Source: the human T2T-CHM13v2.0 reference genome, Homo sapiens. From it: 64,000 nucleotides of DNA. Where the stretch lies: assembly GCF_009914755.1 (NCBI RefSeq), contig NC_060926.1; one strand, 5' to 3'. This document shows positions 14,311 to 28,800 of the stretch, piece by piece. Position 1 is the stretch's first letter. Every line of letters starts with the position of its first letter. The notes below the pieces were generated by a model, which was given only the letters and a program-made list of their open reading frames with translations, made no database searches and was not told where the DNA came from. Position numbers and translations under genes: made by a program.

Positions 14311-15679
14311 AATCCCACTGTGGGTTCACAGAAATGAAACTAAGGCTCAGAAAAAGGGAAATATCAAGCTTACTTCCTAGCCTCATCAACTCTCCACTCC
14401 CTAGAGTTGAAGTAAGAGAATACAAAGCCTTTAGGAACAGTGACAGTTAAAAGACAGATATTCAATGAGGGATAATTGGATAGAGATATTGATTCTGAAC
14501 TATATTGTAATTAAAATATATTGCTTATCAGAAGCTTACTAAATTCTAGTCCTTGGCATGTATTTTTAAAGCATTTTGAATCCTTACAACAACCCTATGA
14601 AGTGAAGTGATTTGCTCAGTGATGCACAGCCCGTAAGTGGCAAATCTGGCACTAGAACACTAGCCAATTGGACCCCAAAGCCAGTGGCATTAACTTGTAT
14701 GCAATATTCTCAACAATTATCCCATGCAGTGTGAAAACAGTGATGCAAAAGGTTTTGTGCGTTTTTTATATATCATTGACATCAATGTTACCCCCTCCTT
14801 ATCTCCAGCGCATGTCTCAAAACTTGGTTGTTCTTGCTACCCTGCTCTTCCTTTCCTCAGTCTTTCTCTTAGTTTGCAAATATCCTTTTCATTGATTTGA
14901 TTTCCTTAATATAATTTATGCCACATTTACTGTGTCCCAGTTGGATGCATATATCACGGTGAAGCAAGTGCATGAAGAATAAACAGAAACTTACCTATTT
15001 ATCTATTTATACAGGAAAACAGCCCCAGATGGTGTTTAGTCTATGCATCTCATGTTTAAATTCATAAGCTAACTGAGTAATTGTCAAAAACATTCCCCTA
15101 TTGCTTAGTGGTTTCTATTACTTGTAGGCAAAATATTTATAACTAAGAAAAATCAGAAATTAATTGCAAGTAGCTGACCCAAACATATGGAATTGGCTGA
15201 ATTTGCAGGGAGGAGGGTGATGATAGTTCTCAAGATTCCTCCATCCTGGGAAGAAAGCTGGTAATTCCTGTTAAACCAACAGCCTACTGAGGCCAATGCT
15301 TTAGAATATTTTTTGGCAAATGTCATAGAATCAAGATGTGTTGACTGCCTCTTACTGCCTTTAGTAAGAATCTAAATGAGAATACGAGCTTTGATCCAAG
15401 GTTACTGCCTGGAAGCAAAAATGAAAGAAAAAGAGAGAGGGGGAGAGAAATAACAGCAGGGCAAGTATATTATTTATTAAGGGAAGTCCTTTCTCCTGAT
15501 TTCCAGCAATATAATACTGCTAAGTTTCAGATAAATAGGCCATTTGCAAAACTTAACCATTTCTAAAGCTAAAGTTGAAGTACCAACAAGTAAAATAAGA
15601 GATCCTTGTCATTAGAATAAGGCTCTCTAGGAAGAGTCAGAGGAATTCAGGATGCTATTAATAGCTCCACTGGGCCCCA

Positions 15680-16500
15680 ATCAAACACAGCCATCTCAGA
15701 GCCTTAGTGTTTGTGGGGCTCCTACCTGGGTTCTTCCTTCATCTTCAGCACCTCTCTCCTCTGCCTAAGATTTTCAGGGCTGACTCATATCTTCGCTTCC
15801 TTCAATTGTCTGTTCAAATGATTTATTTCCAGGAAGGTCTTCCTCAGCACCATTTATAAAACACAAACACACATGAACATGCACATTACTCTCACTTCTC
15901 CTGCTCTGCTATATTTTTATGCCTAGACTTATCACCACTCAACACAGAATATATTTCTTTGCCCATCTCTGTATATTATTCAGAGTAGGTTAAACTGATG
16001 TTATACCAAATAGATTCAAGCATGTAATGTCTCAATACAGTAAGCTTTGTTTCCTGCTCACCTAGTAGTCCTAGGTAGATACTGAAGTTGGCAGGTTGGT
16101 TCTCCTCCATGCAGTCATTCAGGGATCCACACTCCTTCCATTCTGTGGCTCCATCATTTCTGAATCCAGTAAGCAGAAGCTAATAGTCATGAAGGGATAT
16201 ACATGGAGGTGTTCATTGTCCAGGTCCGGAACACATCACTTTTGCTCGTTGGGTTGGAAAGGGCTTGGTAATTTGATCATACATAACTTTAAGAAATATT
16301 GGGAAATAGAGTTTTGGTGTGTGTCCAAAGTAGAGGAGACTGGATTTTGCTGAACAGCTTGCCCTTTCTATTCAGTGTCCTTCCACTAAAAGGTAAGCTA
16401 CTTGAAAGCAGAAACTTGTCTGTTTTGTTATATTTACAATGCCTACAGCAATGCCTGAAACGTAGTAGACATTCAATAAGTTCATGTTAAATGAAGTTGA
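15680..16500. mobile_element. L2 3' fragment with a nested old LTR (about 15970-16350)
   Basis: L2 3' terminus (aaggtaagctacttgaaagcag...cctacagcaatgcctg...tcaataag) flanks an LTR-like block (ctcctccatgcagtcattcagggatcc). Confidence 0.55.
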
Positions 16501-17304
16501 AAAAATGGACATAAGAAAATTTGATTTGAATGTAGCCTGAGAAGGCTGGGACTACAGTCCAGGGCACGTTAGGGACAGATTCAACTATACTCTCACTTCT
16601 GTTTATTTTTCACCACACAAACCTCCTGCAGATTATTAAATTTAGAACTAAAGAAATTAAAATGCCCCAAAGCTCTGGACAGTTTACTTTAGTGGGTCAT
16701 GGTGAATAAAAATCATACTTATCCAACAATTCTGGCATTGAAAACTTATAAACGTATTCTTCACACATAGAAGAGAAAGGAATTTTAGTAATATTAAAGG
16801 TAGTTATGTCACCAGAAAACTCCCAAGCTTAGCTAAGAGGGTCTTGAGATTTTTCCATCACTCTCCAAGATGAGTAGCGCACAAATACATACACATCACA
16901 TGAAAACACTTCTTTTTCTCTCTTAAGCCTGGCCCAGAAGCACACTGGAACACAGAAGTCATTCAATCAGGCAGAAGCTGTGCCCACCAGACAGACTTAT
17001 TAAGGAGTTCAGTTCACATCCAGGGCAACATGTCAACAAGGACGCGTGTGTCACTTTTTCTGTCCAGAAGAAAACAGCCTGTGCTCGGGACCTTCGACCG
17101 ATGTACAGTGCGGGTAACATTTCCACCTTGCTTTTCTCTACCAGTTCACACCAGATGTGATGGACAGTTATGCCCAGGTTGCAGGCTGTAAGGAGCTACA
17201 TCTGGACTGTATCAAGACTGTGTCTGGGGAGAAATGGTTTTTACCATTTTGGTTTTTACATTTTGGTACTATATACCATCCTGTACGTAGACAGCTGCAG
17301 CCGC

Positions 17305-17455
17305 TCCGTGATATTACCTCCAGATGCAATGATTGGTGTGTGTGTGTGTTTCCGTGATATTACCTCCAGATGCAATGACTGGTGTGTGTGTGTGTGTGTC
17401 TGTCTATATGTGCATGAGTGTGTGTGTGTGTGAGTGTGTACACCTATGTGTGTAC
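17305..17455 (+). repeat. 46-bp tandem duplication merging into a (TG)n microsatellite
   Basis: tccgtgatattacctccagatgcaatga(t/c)tggtgtgtg... starts at 17305 and again at 17351. Confidence 0.95.
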
Positions 17456-17954
17456 TAGGCAGCCCAGCAGTGGACTCTAGACTAGACCAGACAGCTTGAC
17501 CAGCATCACTTCTCTAGGATTGTCCTTTCCTGTTATCCATGCAGTAATCTGGTTAGGGTGAGTTGGGATTTGACCCACACTGGGCAGCTGGGCCAGTCAG
17601 TGTTTCCCCAGAAATTGGAATGAAGGAGTCAGGTAGCTGTGGATCTCTATCCTAGTGGTGACGTTTCCTTATTCAAGGAAAGAAAGCAAAGTATTAGGAG
17701 GTCCCACAAGGTGGGGGAGGAATATGTTAATTGCTGTTGCAGTTTTTTTATGGCAGCTAAATGATGCTGAGGGGAACCTCACAAATAAAACTGTCTTGAT
17801 AGAAATAATGATGACTATCTTTTTACTGAATATATATAATATGTCAAATAGGGTATTAGTTACTTTACTTGCAAGAATCCTGGGAAGTAGATATTATTTC
17901 TATCTCTACTTTACACATGTAAAAACTGACTCACAAAGGTCAAACTAACCCAAA

Positions 17955-18472
17955 TGCATTAGTTTTTTTTTTTTTTCTTGACGGTTAACAAATTTCACAA
18001 ACTTAGTGCTTAAAATAGCACAGATTTACTACTTTACAGTTTTGGAAGTCAGAAGTCTGGAATGGCCTCAATGAGTGGGGATCAGGGTGGAGCAGGACTG
18101 CTCTTCTTCCTGGAAGCTCTAGGAGAGAGTTTCCTCCGTGTCTTTTCCTTCTAGAGGCTGACACATTCCTTCCCTCACTGCCCCTTCCTCCACCTTCAGA
18201 GCCAGCAACAGAGCCTCTCTCTGGGTTTGCTTCTCTCTGAGCCTCACACCTTGCTCCCTGAGCCCCTCTTGTTCTCATCTGTCTCCTCTCCCACCTTTAA
18301 GGGCCCATGTTATTACATGGGGCCTGCCAGATAATCCAAGAAAAATCTCTCTGCTGTTTAGCAAATTTAATTTCATTAAACCTCAATTCCTTTTTGCTAT
18401 GTAATGTACCATATTCACAGATTCCAGGGATCCGCATGCGGATGTCTTCATGGGGACATTATTCTAGTTACA
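17955..18472 (-). mobile_element. MLT1C/D-like MaLR LTR inserted in a MIR
   Basis: tgcattagttt...acaaacttagtgcttaaaa...ggaagtcagaagtctg...atattcacagattccagggat; MIR sequence on both flanks. Confidence 0.8.
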
Positions 18473-19419
18473 GCCCCAAGGTTGCCAAGTTAGCCAGTGG
18501 CAGAGTTTGGATTCAAATACAATTTTAACTAGAATATTCATATGCATAGCCCTCACATTCTCCTGCCTCTCAACTCATTACCAGGCTGCTTTTTCTGCCG
18601 CTTGAATGACTTCTAGAGACACTTCAAGCATCCCTGCATCCAAGCCTCATTCTTCAAAGCTTGGCGTGACTTTCATCTCTGCCATGGAGCATTTCCTGAG
18701 TAAACTCTCCTGTGAACATCAAAGTCATGTGGTCATCAGCCCCTGTGGAGCCTTCCCTCCCCAGTGCTTACACAGTCTGGACTCAAATGCATCTGGAATG
18801 GAGAACCACCCCCAGTGCTGCAGAGCCACCTCATTTTCTATCATCTACCCACCTGGTTTTCGGTAAGAATCATCTTGCTTCTCTAGGAAAGCCTTTCACA
18901 AATATGAAGGAAATGACCAGTGACCTCTCACCTTCACATCTTCTCTTTGCCAGGAGGAAAAACTTTGTTCCTTCAGCCATCTTCACAGGCCAGGGACTGG
19001 CACTTCCTCCACACTCTCAGCACACCGCCCTGTGCATCCTACAGTTCCTAAAGAGTGGAAATTCCCCAGTTGTGCTCGAATCAAACCTGCCCTTAAGTAC
19101 CATATTTGTATAAACTCGTGTGAGATCACACTAGCTTCTCAGTGGGTGCATCATAGTGCAAGTTAATTTCAGATTTAACTGATTTGACATGGATTGAAAC
19201 TGTTAAGATATTTGCAACATGCTACCACTAAATAACTATTACTTTGTCCTATATTGGGAAGTAGTTTGTGGGATTTGGGGTAGGTGGATGCAAATAAAAG
19301 CATTTATACTTATGCATATTAAAATGTACTTTTATTGATTCAGACTGCTTCAATCAAGGTCTCTCCACTCTCCCTCCCACTACCATGACCCTTGTAATTG
19401 AGGAAATGGCAACTTCTGT

Positions 19420-19720
19420 ATTTCTGTTCATGGCACTAATAAAAATGCTGAACAGTCTAGAATCAGGGACAGAGTCCTAGAAAACAAGATCAAAAGCCTT
19501 TGGGTTACTGAGTCAATGATTCCTTTGGACACCATTAGCCAGTTAGTAATCCTCCTAATTATCCCAGCCTCTACCCCACATTTCTGCAGTGTGTCCACAA
19601 GTAGATCATAAAAAGCTTGTCAAGTGCCTTGATGAAGAACAGACGCGCTGTGTCCACTGCATTTCCCAGGGCTACTGCTGTGAAAGAAAGGAGTGAGATG
19701 GGTGGGTAGTGGCAGCTAGA
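19420..19720 (-). mobile_element. L3/CR1 LINE RT-region remnant
   Basis: ataaaaatgctgaacag...gacagagtcc and cttgtcaagtgccttgatgaag...tgtccactgcatttccc resemble antisense CR1 RT. Confidence 0.6.
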
Positions 19721-20167
19721 CTTAGCTCTACTTATTTTCCTCAGATCCTCCGCTGAGTGGAACGCAGTGATAGGAATGATCTCAAAGTAGGCAGCTCACC
19801 CCAAACAACAATGTTGTCCCGCAGTGCTGGGGGAAATACAGAACCAGAAGCATAGAGTCCTGCAACATGTCCACTTCATATGCCTTTGGATATGGCCCCA
19901 AGCTGCCTCGGTTTCCTGTCAATGAAATGAACCTGTCTCTACCTGCCTCTGACTCATGATGTTTATCAGTTTAGCTGAGGTCATGCACATGTGCTTGAAA
20001 ACCACACACACACCCTCCAGTGCTACGAATGTGAGGCAATCGTGGCATGGTCCAGTAATACTTTTTATGGCACTTCAGAATCCTCAACCGGCTCAGGAAT
20101 GCCATGCATCTGGGTGAAAACCTCAGGGAAATTCTAGCTGCAAAAACTTCCTTAAAAACCCACCTCT

Positions 20168-20487
<320 letters not shown>

Positions 20488-22579
20488 CTACCACATATGG
20501 ACAGTTTTGAGGTTAAGGACAATTCATAGGACCAAAAACAATAACAATACTAATCCCAAGAAAATGTTAATCCTGCTTTGTTTTAATAAAACAAGTTTCA
20601 TACTCCACAAGCTAATTTGTACTTATGAAAGTGCTTAAGCCATAGCCCTACCATCTTTTGAATGGTCCGCCAAAGAAAAGAGTTAGCCAGCTCTTTTTCT
20701 GGCTTTTATCACTTAATTCCTGTATGTGCCTGTGCTCAGGGCTAGGGATACACTAAAGCATCATCCCTGATCCCAGAAAGATCTGTCAGGAGAACTTCTA
20801 CATGTCCAGTCACACCACTACTCAGTGCCACCCTATAACCAAAGAGATGACCAACACAGAGGATGAGGTTGTGCTTCTCAGCCTCCCACCTGAACACACA
20901 CAGGTCATAGGACATATTGAAAATATGGTGATGGGAGAAGACCAGTACTCCTCACGCACCAATGACTTAGGCACGCCAAGCCTCAGAGCTTAATTTCCTC
21001 AACTGTAAAGTGGGTTTGTTGTACCAGTTCACCACTGTGCGCTCTTCATCATTGTACTTTCTTCATAGGTCTCCTAAGAAAGTTAAGTGAAATAATACAT
21101 ATGAAATTGCTAGGATACACCACAGGATTTTTCCTAATACAGCAACAGATGTTGTTCTTGAGATGAATCATGGCTAATTCATGCAAGACAGGCTTCTGCG
21201 GATGGATGGAGCTGCCTTTGATCTGGAGCTTAACATTTGTCATGGTGTCAGATATCCAGTCATTAAATCCCTAGTAGATCTACTTCTTAAAATAAAACCC
21301 TCTATGATGCATATGCACTTACATAATATATATCCATGAAAATGAACTGACTCTGTCTGGATTTGCAATAACAAAGTTCCCAAACCTAAGATAAGAAGTC
21401 ATTCAAAAGCAGAGTGCAGTGAGAACACTCACACTTAACTAAAGTTATAAATAACAAAAGCACAGTAGCTTCTAGCTTTAATGTTAATATATATAATACC
21501 TTTTGATAATGAGGAAATACAGTGTTCTTCAGCAGTAAAAGCAAATATTCAGTAGATATTTAAAAGTTCAAATTATATTGAACTATGTAGTTTATGAAGA
21601 ACATTTCTCATACATTGGCTCAATGAACCCCTTTTCAAATGAGAAAACTGAAACTTAGAGAGGTTAAGCAGTTTCCTCGGCGCTACACAGATTTTCAACG
21701 CCCAAGTTGAGATTCAAACCCAATCTGTCTGACTCAAAATCCCCCGCCTTTTCCCACTCAATTCAGACTGTTTGCAGCACGCCAAGTTGCTGCCAATTTC
21801 TAAACTCACCTCTTGCCATTTTCTTCTGTATTACTGAAAATGCCTCCCTGAGCCCACGCCACTGCTGTTTCCCTTTTTGGTTACTATCAAGAGGACTTGG
21901 GCACAAGGCACACTAGGCTAGCATGGCTAGGATCTAAATCACACAGGCTACAGGGAGAAATCAGACAAGACTGAAGGAAGGCAGGAAGACCCATGCCAAG
22001 TGTCCAAATGGGGAAATCACATTCAGACAGGTCCAGACAAATGAGCTCTCGAGGAAGAGCCATCGGGTCAGCTTGGAAGTAGATCAGCTCACACTCAGGA
22101 TGGGAGGAGCTGATGTCCTCAGACGATGTGGCTCAGGAGATCTGCAGACAGGGACTGGAGCAGCAGAAGAACCAGACCCAGCACTCCCAGTGGGAGCAGG
22201 CGTCAGGCAGGGATCAGGGCTCAGCCAGGAGACTAGGGATCAGGCTGAGCTGGAGTCTCAGGTTGAATGGCAGCACCAGGCAGAAAGGGCTCTGTCACAT
22301 CGAGTAGGTCATACCAGATGTTGGTGAGGCAGGAGTTGGACATCTGGCAGAGGTACAAGTCAGGGCCCACAAGCCAATGAGCAAGGACACTGACACGTCC
22401 CCTGTGCTCTGTTATCATTACTATTAAATAATTGTATGTCCATTTATCAACCAGGATGCTTTGAGTTCCTACAAGATACCAGGGGCCATATTAGGTAGCT
22501 TATATGACAGTGAATGAAGAACCGACACCATCACAAAGGTGTATACGCTGTGAGAGGATATCAGTGATGGGCAGAGGGA

Positions 22580-22742
22580 CAGTGGGACTAGGGTAAGGCA
22601 AGTGAATTACTCATCTTAGGCATAAAATTTAAGGGGACACAAAAAAAACTTAGCAATCAAGATGAGTAACATTTTAATGCAATATTTTAAAAATCAAGAT
22701 AAATACAACAAAATCTGAAAATATTAAAATAAAACAGGATCT
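22580..22742. mobile_element. MER96B-like DNA transposon fragment
   Basis: gggactagggtaaggcaagtga...aaaatttaagggg...aatcaagat...attttaatgcaatatttt matches the recalled MER96B consensus. Confidence 0.6.
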
Positions 22743-23508
22743 GGCAACAAAAAGATACAGGGAAGAAGAAAATATCACCTACTTTTCTATAAGGCGGTGG
22801 GGGGCACTACTGTGATAAGTTCTTCTTTCCTGCTTTTAATACACATTTATCTGCATATATGTGAAGGTACAATGAGGGTGATGGCGCTATCCTTGGTCCT
22901 TGGTTCACAGTCACATTTCAATCAACGTTTACCACTCAAAAATGTTCTTGGTTTTGTATTTTGTTGGTTGGGTTGAGCAGCAGTTGATGCTTCTAACCCT
23001 GAAAACTTACTACAGCTAACTACACTTCTTGCTCTCATTGCATGGCCACAAGAGAGCTCTTCCCAATATAGTCTTCAAGCAGGTGATAGTCTGTTACTTA
23101 TATGTGGGTGTTTTACCATGTTTTTAGTGTATTTCAGGAAATTGGGGGGTTTGTGTTGACATGTAATGCATCATTTTTTTTCTACTTAAAACGATGATAA
23201 ATAGGCCCCCTTGTTACCATTTTCATTCAGAATATCTGATTTTCAGGAATGAATCATTCACTTAAGTGAGAGATGCCTTTAGGCCCAAAAATGGCCAGTC
23301 TAACTCAATGTAACTAAATCCCTTGCAATTGAAAATGTGTTCACTTCCTCCAAAAAGGAGAGGTCCAAATCTCATTGGGCACTAAACCCAGCTACAGGTC
23401 TGGGATACCTGTGTGCCAAGTGTTTCTATGGTTCTATTAATATAACTCCACCTCAATATTATACAAACTATGCACTAAAGGTAGTTTAGTCTCCATCAAC
23501 ATACTTCA

Positions 23509-25763
23509 TCATATGGTTTGGCTATGTCCCCACTCAAATCTCAACTTGAATTGTATCTCCCAGAATTCCCATGTGTTGTGGGAGGGACCCGGTGGGAGGT
23601 AATTTAATCATGGCGGTTGGTCTTTCCTGTGCTAGTCTCGTGATAGTGAGTAAGTCTCACAAGATCTGATGGGTTTATCAGGGGTTTCCACTTTTGCTTC
23701 TTTCTCATTTTCTCTTGCCGCCACCATGTAAGAAGTGCCTTTTGCCTCCCGCCATGATTCTGAGGTCTCCCCAGCCATGTGGAACACCTCTTTCTTTTGT
23801 AAATTCCCCAGTCTCAGGTATGTCTTTATCAGCAGCATGAAAACTTACTAATACAGTAAATGTGTACCAGTAGAGTGGGGCATTGCTGAAAAGATACCTG
23901 AAAATGCAGAAGCAACTTTGGAACTGGGTAACAGGCAGAGGTTGGAATAGTTTGGAGGGCTCAGAAGAAGATAAAAAAATGTGGGAAAGTTTGGCACTCC
24001 CTAGAGACCTGTTGAATGGCTTCAACCAAAATGTTGATAATGATATGGACAATAAAGTCCAGGCTAAGGTGGTCTCAGATGGAGATGAAGAACTTGTTGG
24101 GAACTGGAGTAAAAGTGACTCTTGCTATATTTTAGCAAAGAGACTGATGGCATTTTGCTCCTGCCCTAGAAATTTGTGGAACTTTGAACTTGAGAGAGAT
24201 GATTTAAGGTATTTGGCAGAAGAAATTTCTAAGCAGCAAAACATTCAAGAGGTGACTTGGATGCTGTTAAGGCATTCCATTTTATAAGGGAAGCAGAGCA
24301 CAAAAGTTGGAAAATTTGCAACCTGACTATGATAGAAAAGAAAAACCCATTTTCTGGGGAGAAATTCAAGCCAGCTGCAGAAATTTGCATAAGTAGCAAG
24401 GAACCTAATGTTAATCCCCAAGACCGTGGGGAAAATGTTTCCAGGCCATGTCAGGGACCTTCATGGCAGCCCCTCCCATCACAGGCCTAGAGGCCCAGGA
24501 GGAAAAAGTGGTTTCATGAGCCAGAGGGCCAAGGGTCCCTGTGCTGTGTGCAGCCAAGGGACTTAGTGCCCTGTGTCCCAGCTTCTCCAGCCATGGCTGA
24601 AAGGAGCCAACATAGAGCTTGGGCCATGGCTTCAGAGGGTGCAGGCCTCAAGCCTTGGCAGCTTCCATGTGGTGTTGAACCTGTGGGTGCACAGAAGTCA
24701 AGAACTGAGGTTTGGGAACATCCTCCTAGATTTCAGAAGATGTATGGAAACACTTGGATGCCCAGGCAGAAGTTTGCTGCAGGGGCCAGGTGCTCATGCA
24801 AAACCTCTGCTAGGGCAGTGCAGAAGGGAAATGTGGGGTCGAGCCTCCACACAGAGTCCCTACTGAAGTGCTGCCTAGCAGAGCTGTGAGAAGAGAGCCA
24901 CTGTCCCCCAGACCCCAAAATGATAGATTCACTGATAGCTTTCACTATGTGCCTGGAGAAGCCAAAGACACTCAATGCCAGCCCATGAAAGCAGCTGGGA
25001 GGGAGGCTGTACCCTGCAAAGCCACAGGCATGGAGCTGCCCAAGACCATGTGGATGCGAGACATGGAGTCAAAGATCATTTTGGAACTTTAAGATTTAAC
25101 TGCCCTGCTGGATTTCAGATTTGCATGGGGCCTATAGCCCCTTTGGTTTGCCCAGTTTCTCCCATTTGGAATGCCTGTATTTACCCAATGCCTGTACTCT
25201 CATTGTATCTAGGAAGTAACTAACTTTCTTTTGATTTTACAGGCTCATAGGCAGAAGGGGCTTGCCTTGTCTCAGATGGGACTTTGGACTTGGACTTTTG
25301 GGTTAATGTTGAAATGAGTTGAGACTTTGGGGGACTGTTGAGAAGGCATAATTGGTTTTGAAATGTGAGGACATGAGATTTAGGAGGGGCCAGGGGCAGA
25401 ATGATATGATTTGGCTGTGTCCCTACCCAAATCTCAACTTGAATTGTATCTCCCAGAAGTCTTGCATGTTGTGGGAGGGACCTAGTGGGAGGTAATTGAA
25501 TCATGGGAGCTGGTCTTTCCTGTGTTATTCTTGTGATAGTGAATAAGTCTCATGAGATCTGATTAGTTTATCAGGGGTTTCCGCTTTTCCTTCTTCCTCA
25601 TGTTCTCTTGCCACCACCATGTAAGAAGTGCCTTTCTCCTCCCACCATGATTCTGAGGCCTCCCCAGCCATGTGGAACTCTAAGTCCAATTAAATCTCTT
25701 TGTTTAGTAAATTGTGCAGTCTCTGGTATGTCTTTATAAGCAGGGTGAGAACAGACTAATACA
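23509..25763 (+). mobile_element. Full-length THE1A-type MaLR: 5' LTR 23509-23855, internal 23856-25401, 3' LTR 25402-25763
   Basis: Two homologous ~350-bp LTRs ending ctaataca, a polypurine tract before the 3' LTR, a perfect 5-bp TSD CTTCA (23504-23508, 25764-25768), and THE1-int ORF remnant 23883-24287. Confidence 0.95.
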
Positions 25764-25869
25764 CTTCATATAAAATATTGGAAGAAAATAAGAGGATAGG
25801 AAATAAAAATTAATTATAACATGCAGGTAAATGCATGGCACAGAAAAAAAAAAGATACTGGAAAATGCT

Positions 25870-28800
25870 TCAGTCCTCATCTCTGATCATGAGGTGACAG
25901 CTAATGGCCAGGACTTTCCTCCTCTACTGTCTGTTCTGGAGTCCCACTTTCCTGACTTGGCACCTAAGTTGGTTGGTTCCCAGCCAGGGAGGAGCCTTAA
26001 CCTTCATGGCCAAGGGGTATGAGTCACTGGTGATTCTGCCTCTATGGAATTGTAATAGTCTTCAATTAGCCTTAATTACTGTGCTTGGTGGTTCAGAGAG
26101 GCATAACAGGAAATCCTGTGGGCTCCAGCTATACTCCTGTCTACCCAATTTGAAGCAAATTGCTTATTTGCCCTTGAGGGTCAGGATCAATCAAGCAAGC
26201 CCCCCATAACCCATTTCTTTGCTGATTGGTTTAGTAGCAGAATGAACCCTGAATGGCCAAGTAGCAGTATCACTTCCTAATCAATGAATGGAACCATTAT
26301 TGTAAGACCTAGTAGAAGCAGTCCTCCCTTTAGTATCTTAGAGATACTAAAATCTCTAAGATTCCAGTGTCTTGGGAACAAGAAGAAAAACAAAACTATA
26401 ACTGGATTATCAGCAATAACCCTCTAGGAAATTCCATGTCTCCTTCCATCTCGTTGTGTTTAGACCCATAGTTATTAGTTATGGAAGAACCAGCACCAGT
26501 ATATTGGTCTTTGGCTAAGAGAATATAGGCACAGCCTACAGGACAATGCTACAAAATCACACGGTGCTGTTCCCCAGCTGGTGCAGACCTGAGTTTTTAG
26601 TAAGCCATTTATGTTAGTCATTAGGAGTTCACATATATATATTTGGTTCTCCTTCATCACACCCTGGAAGCTAATTTCATCCTTGTGATGACTTGGCCAA
26701 TGACATATAAGGGTACATGCTAACTCACACTGGGGTAGGAACTGCCATATCTTTTTTCCCCTTTCTTAGTAACTGTGGAAGCATTTGTCAAGGCAAAGCC
26801 TCCATCAGCCTGAGTGCAGGCTGGGTTGGGCCTGAAGGGTGAGTGAGAAATAAACCTTTGTTGTGTTTGGGGTTACTTATTACTTCATCATAACCCAACC
26901 CGTTGTAACTGATTCACTATTTCTTCTACAAGGTCAGTTGCTCCTGGGCCATGGGACAGGATAAGATCAATGGGACTTCATTTACTGGAAAGTGATTCCC
27001 TCAATTAGAAGCAATGCTGTGTGACATCCCAGGACAGTGGATAAGCCATTCAGTAAGTCCATGGATGGAGGTCCAGACAGCATGGTAACCAGGAGAAGCA
27101 AATCCACATTCAGACTGTGTCCACTCCAAGTAAAACAAATCATTGCTCTCTTGTAGTGGCCTAAGTTCAGTGCTATCAACTCCTATGGGGTCATTGGTCA
27201 GTCCCACTGTGCCAGGTCAGGAGGTCAGGGTGGTCATGGTTGCTGGCAAATCACTCATACAGCAGCAGCAAAGGTGACACCAGCTGTGATGAAGTGGAGT
27301 CCGTATCACAGGTCCCACTCACAGGCATCATCCTAAGTGCAAGGTCACATGGTATTTTGAGCCCATGATCACTGGAGAAAAGACGCTGACAAAGATCCCA
27401 GGCTGAGTCATCCCAACCCACTGTTTATTGAAAGAACCCCCTATAGCTTTCAGATGTAGTACAAATATCCTTGGCTTTGGGCTCATTTCAAAAGGACCGG
27501 CCATTTTCCCCAAACCTCCTCTCTAACCCCCCTGTCCTACTGTTTTTGAGTCCCTGACTCCTGTGTCATAGCCCATAAATCTGCATAGATCCTCACCTGC
27601 TGCCATTTCTTTACCCCTGGTTACCACAGAAGCAGTAAATGTGAGAAGGGCGTGGTACCTAGCATGTGACCCTTCGTTGTTATTTTCCTCCCCATTAGGA
27701 TTACTGCATACCAAGTGGACAGATGCTTGCTCAATGTTCTGCCTTTGGGAGCTCCTTTCCTTCTCTGCCATCCTTCAGGATATCCCAAGCAAGGGCTTAA
27801 CATGGCATCTGTCAGTTGTCACATGGTGTTGGCAAGTCTTGCCTTCACTCCACTGAATGGTGGAGTGATGCTGGCACACCTGACTTGTGACTAGGTGGGC
27901 TGGGTCACATCTGGCTTGTGACTGGTAACCTAGATGGTGTGGCCTGTCGTGCATGTCAGGAGCTGTTTCCTAAAGGAGAGTCCTGCATGCTCAAGGAAAT
28001 GTGGATTAGCTCCAAAATCCTGAGGAACTCTGCCTTGACCCCACCAGTCATGATTTGTCATAGGTTTCACCCAGCTTCCTCACATCCATGAAGAATTTGA
28101 GAAGGGTTCGGTGCGCTGGATCTCGGAGACATGTATGGGACCCACAGCAGGTCCCCATGTGCTAATTTCATGTGTGTGTCTTATAATAAACTACAAAATC
28201 TTTAAGGAAAACAAGGGAATAGCAGTAACAAATTTAAAAAAGAATATAAAGTCTGAAGTTTACAAAGTTAATTTTTAAGGAAATGAAAACAACAATTAAG
28301 CAACCTAAAAAGCTTTTAAATTTAGAAAGTGAAATTCCGTAGCATGAACCGAGGGTACGGACAAGAGAAGCTATTAAAAAGGATCCAAAGGTTATAAAAA
28401 TAAAATTTCTCAAGGATTCAAGAGAAATAAAACAAAAATAATGTCGAGGCTTATGATTATGGAATAAAGCCAAAAAGAACTGAAAGGCAGGGATACAATA
28501 AGATGACAATTTTGATTCCAGTTCCTACTTGACAAAGACTAAAAGCACCCTCTGAATGGTTGCAATGGCCCCTGTGACTTCCTGTGTAGTAGGAGACCGG
28601 GCGACATCAAGTTGGCATTAAATCACACACTTGGCTTCTGGCCTTGCTCAAGCTAGGACATGGAAGTGGTGGTCTTTACAGTGGAGGCAAGTTTGCCCTC
28701 TGCAGGACTTTGGCTCAGAACCGCAACTATCCCTAGAGACACCCTAATGCCCTGCACTGTCCAGCAGGCAGCAGCAGCTGCCCCTTCTCTCCCCATGCCG

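Noticed and set aside
17305-17455. Direct repeats considered as a CRISPR-like array
   Set aside because: Only two adjacent copies, no unique spacers, eukaryotic context.
23883-25223. Several ORFs inside the THE1 internal region
   Set aside because: Fragmented remnants of the MaLR internal ORF, broken by stops and frameshifts.
25659-25671. PRDM9 hotspot motif in the THE1 LTRs
   Set aside because: The 3' LTR reads CCTCCCCAGCCAT and the 5' LTR TCTCCCCAGCCAT; neither matches the CCNCCNTNNCCNC hotspot form.
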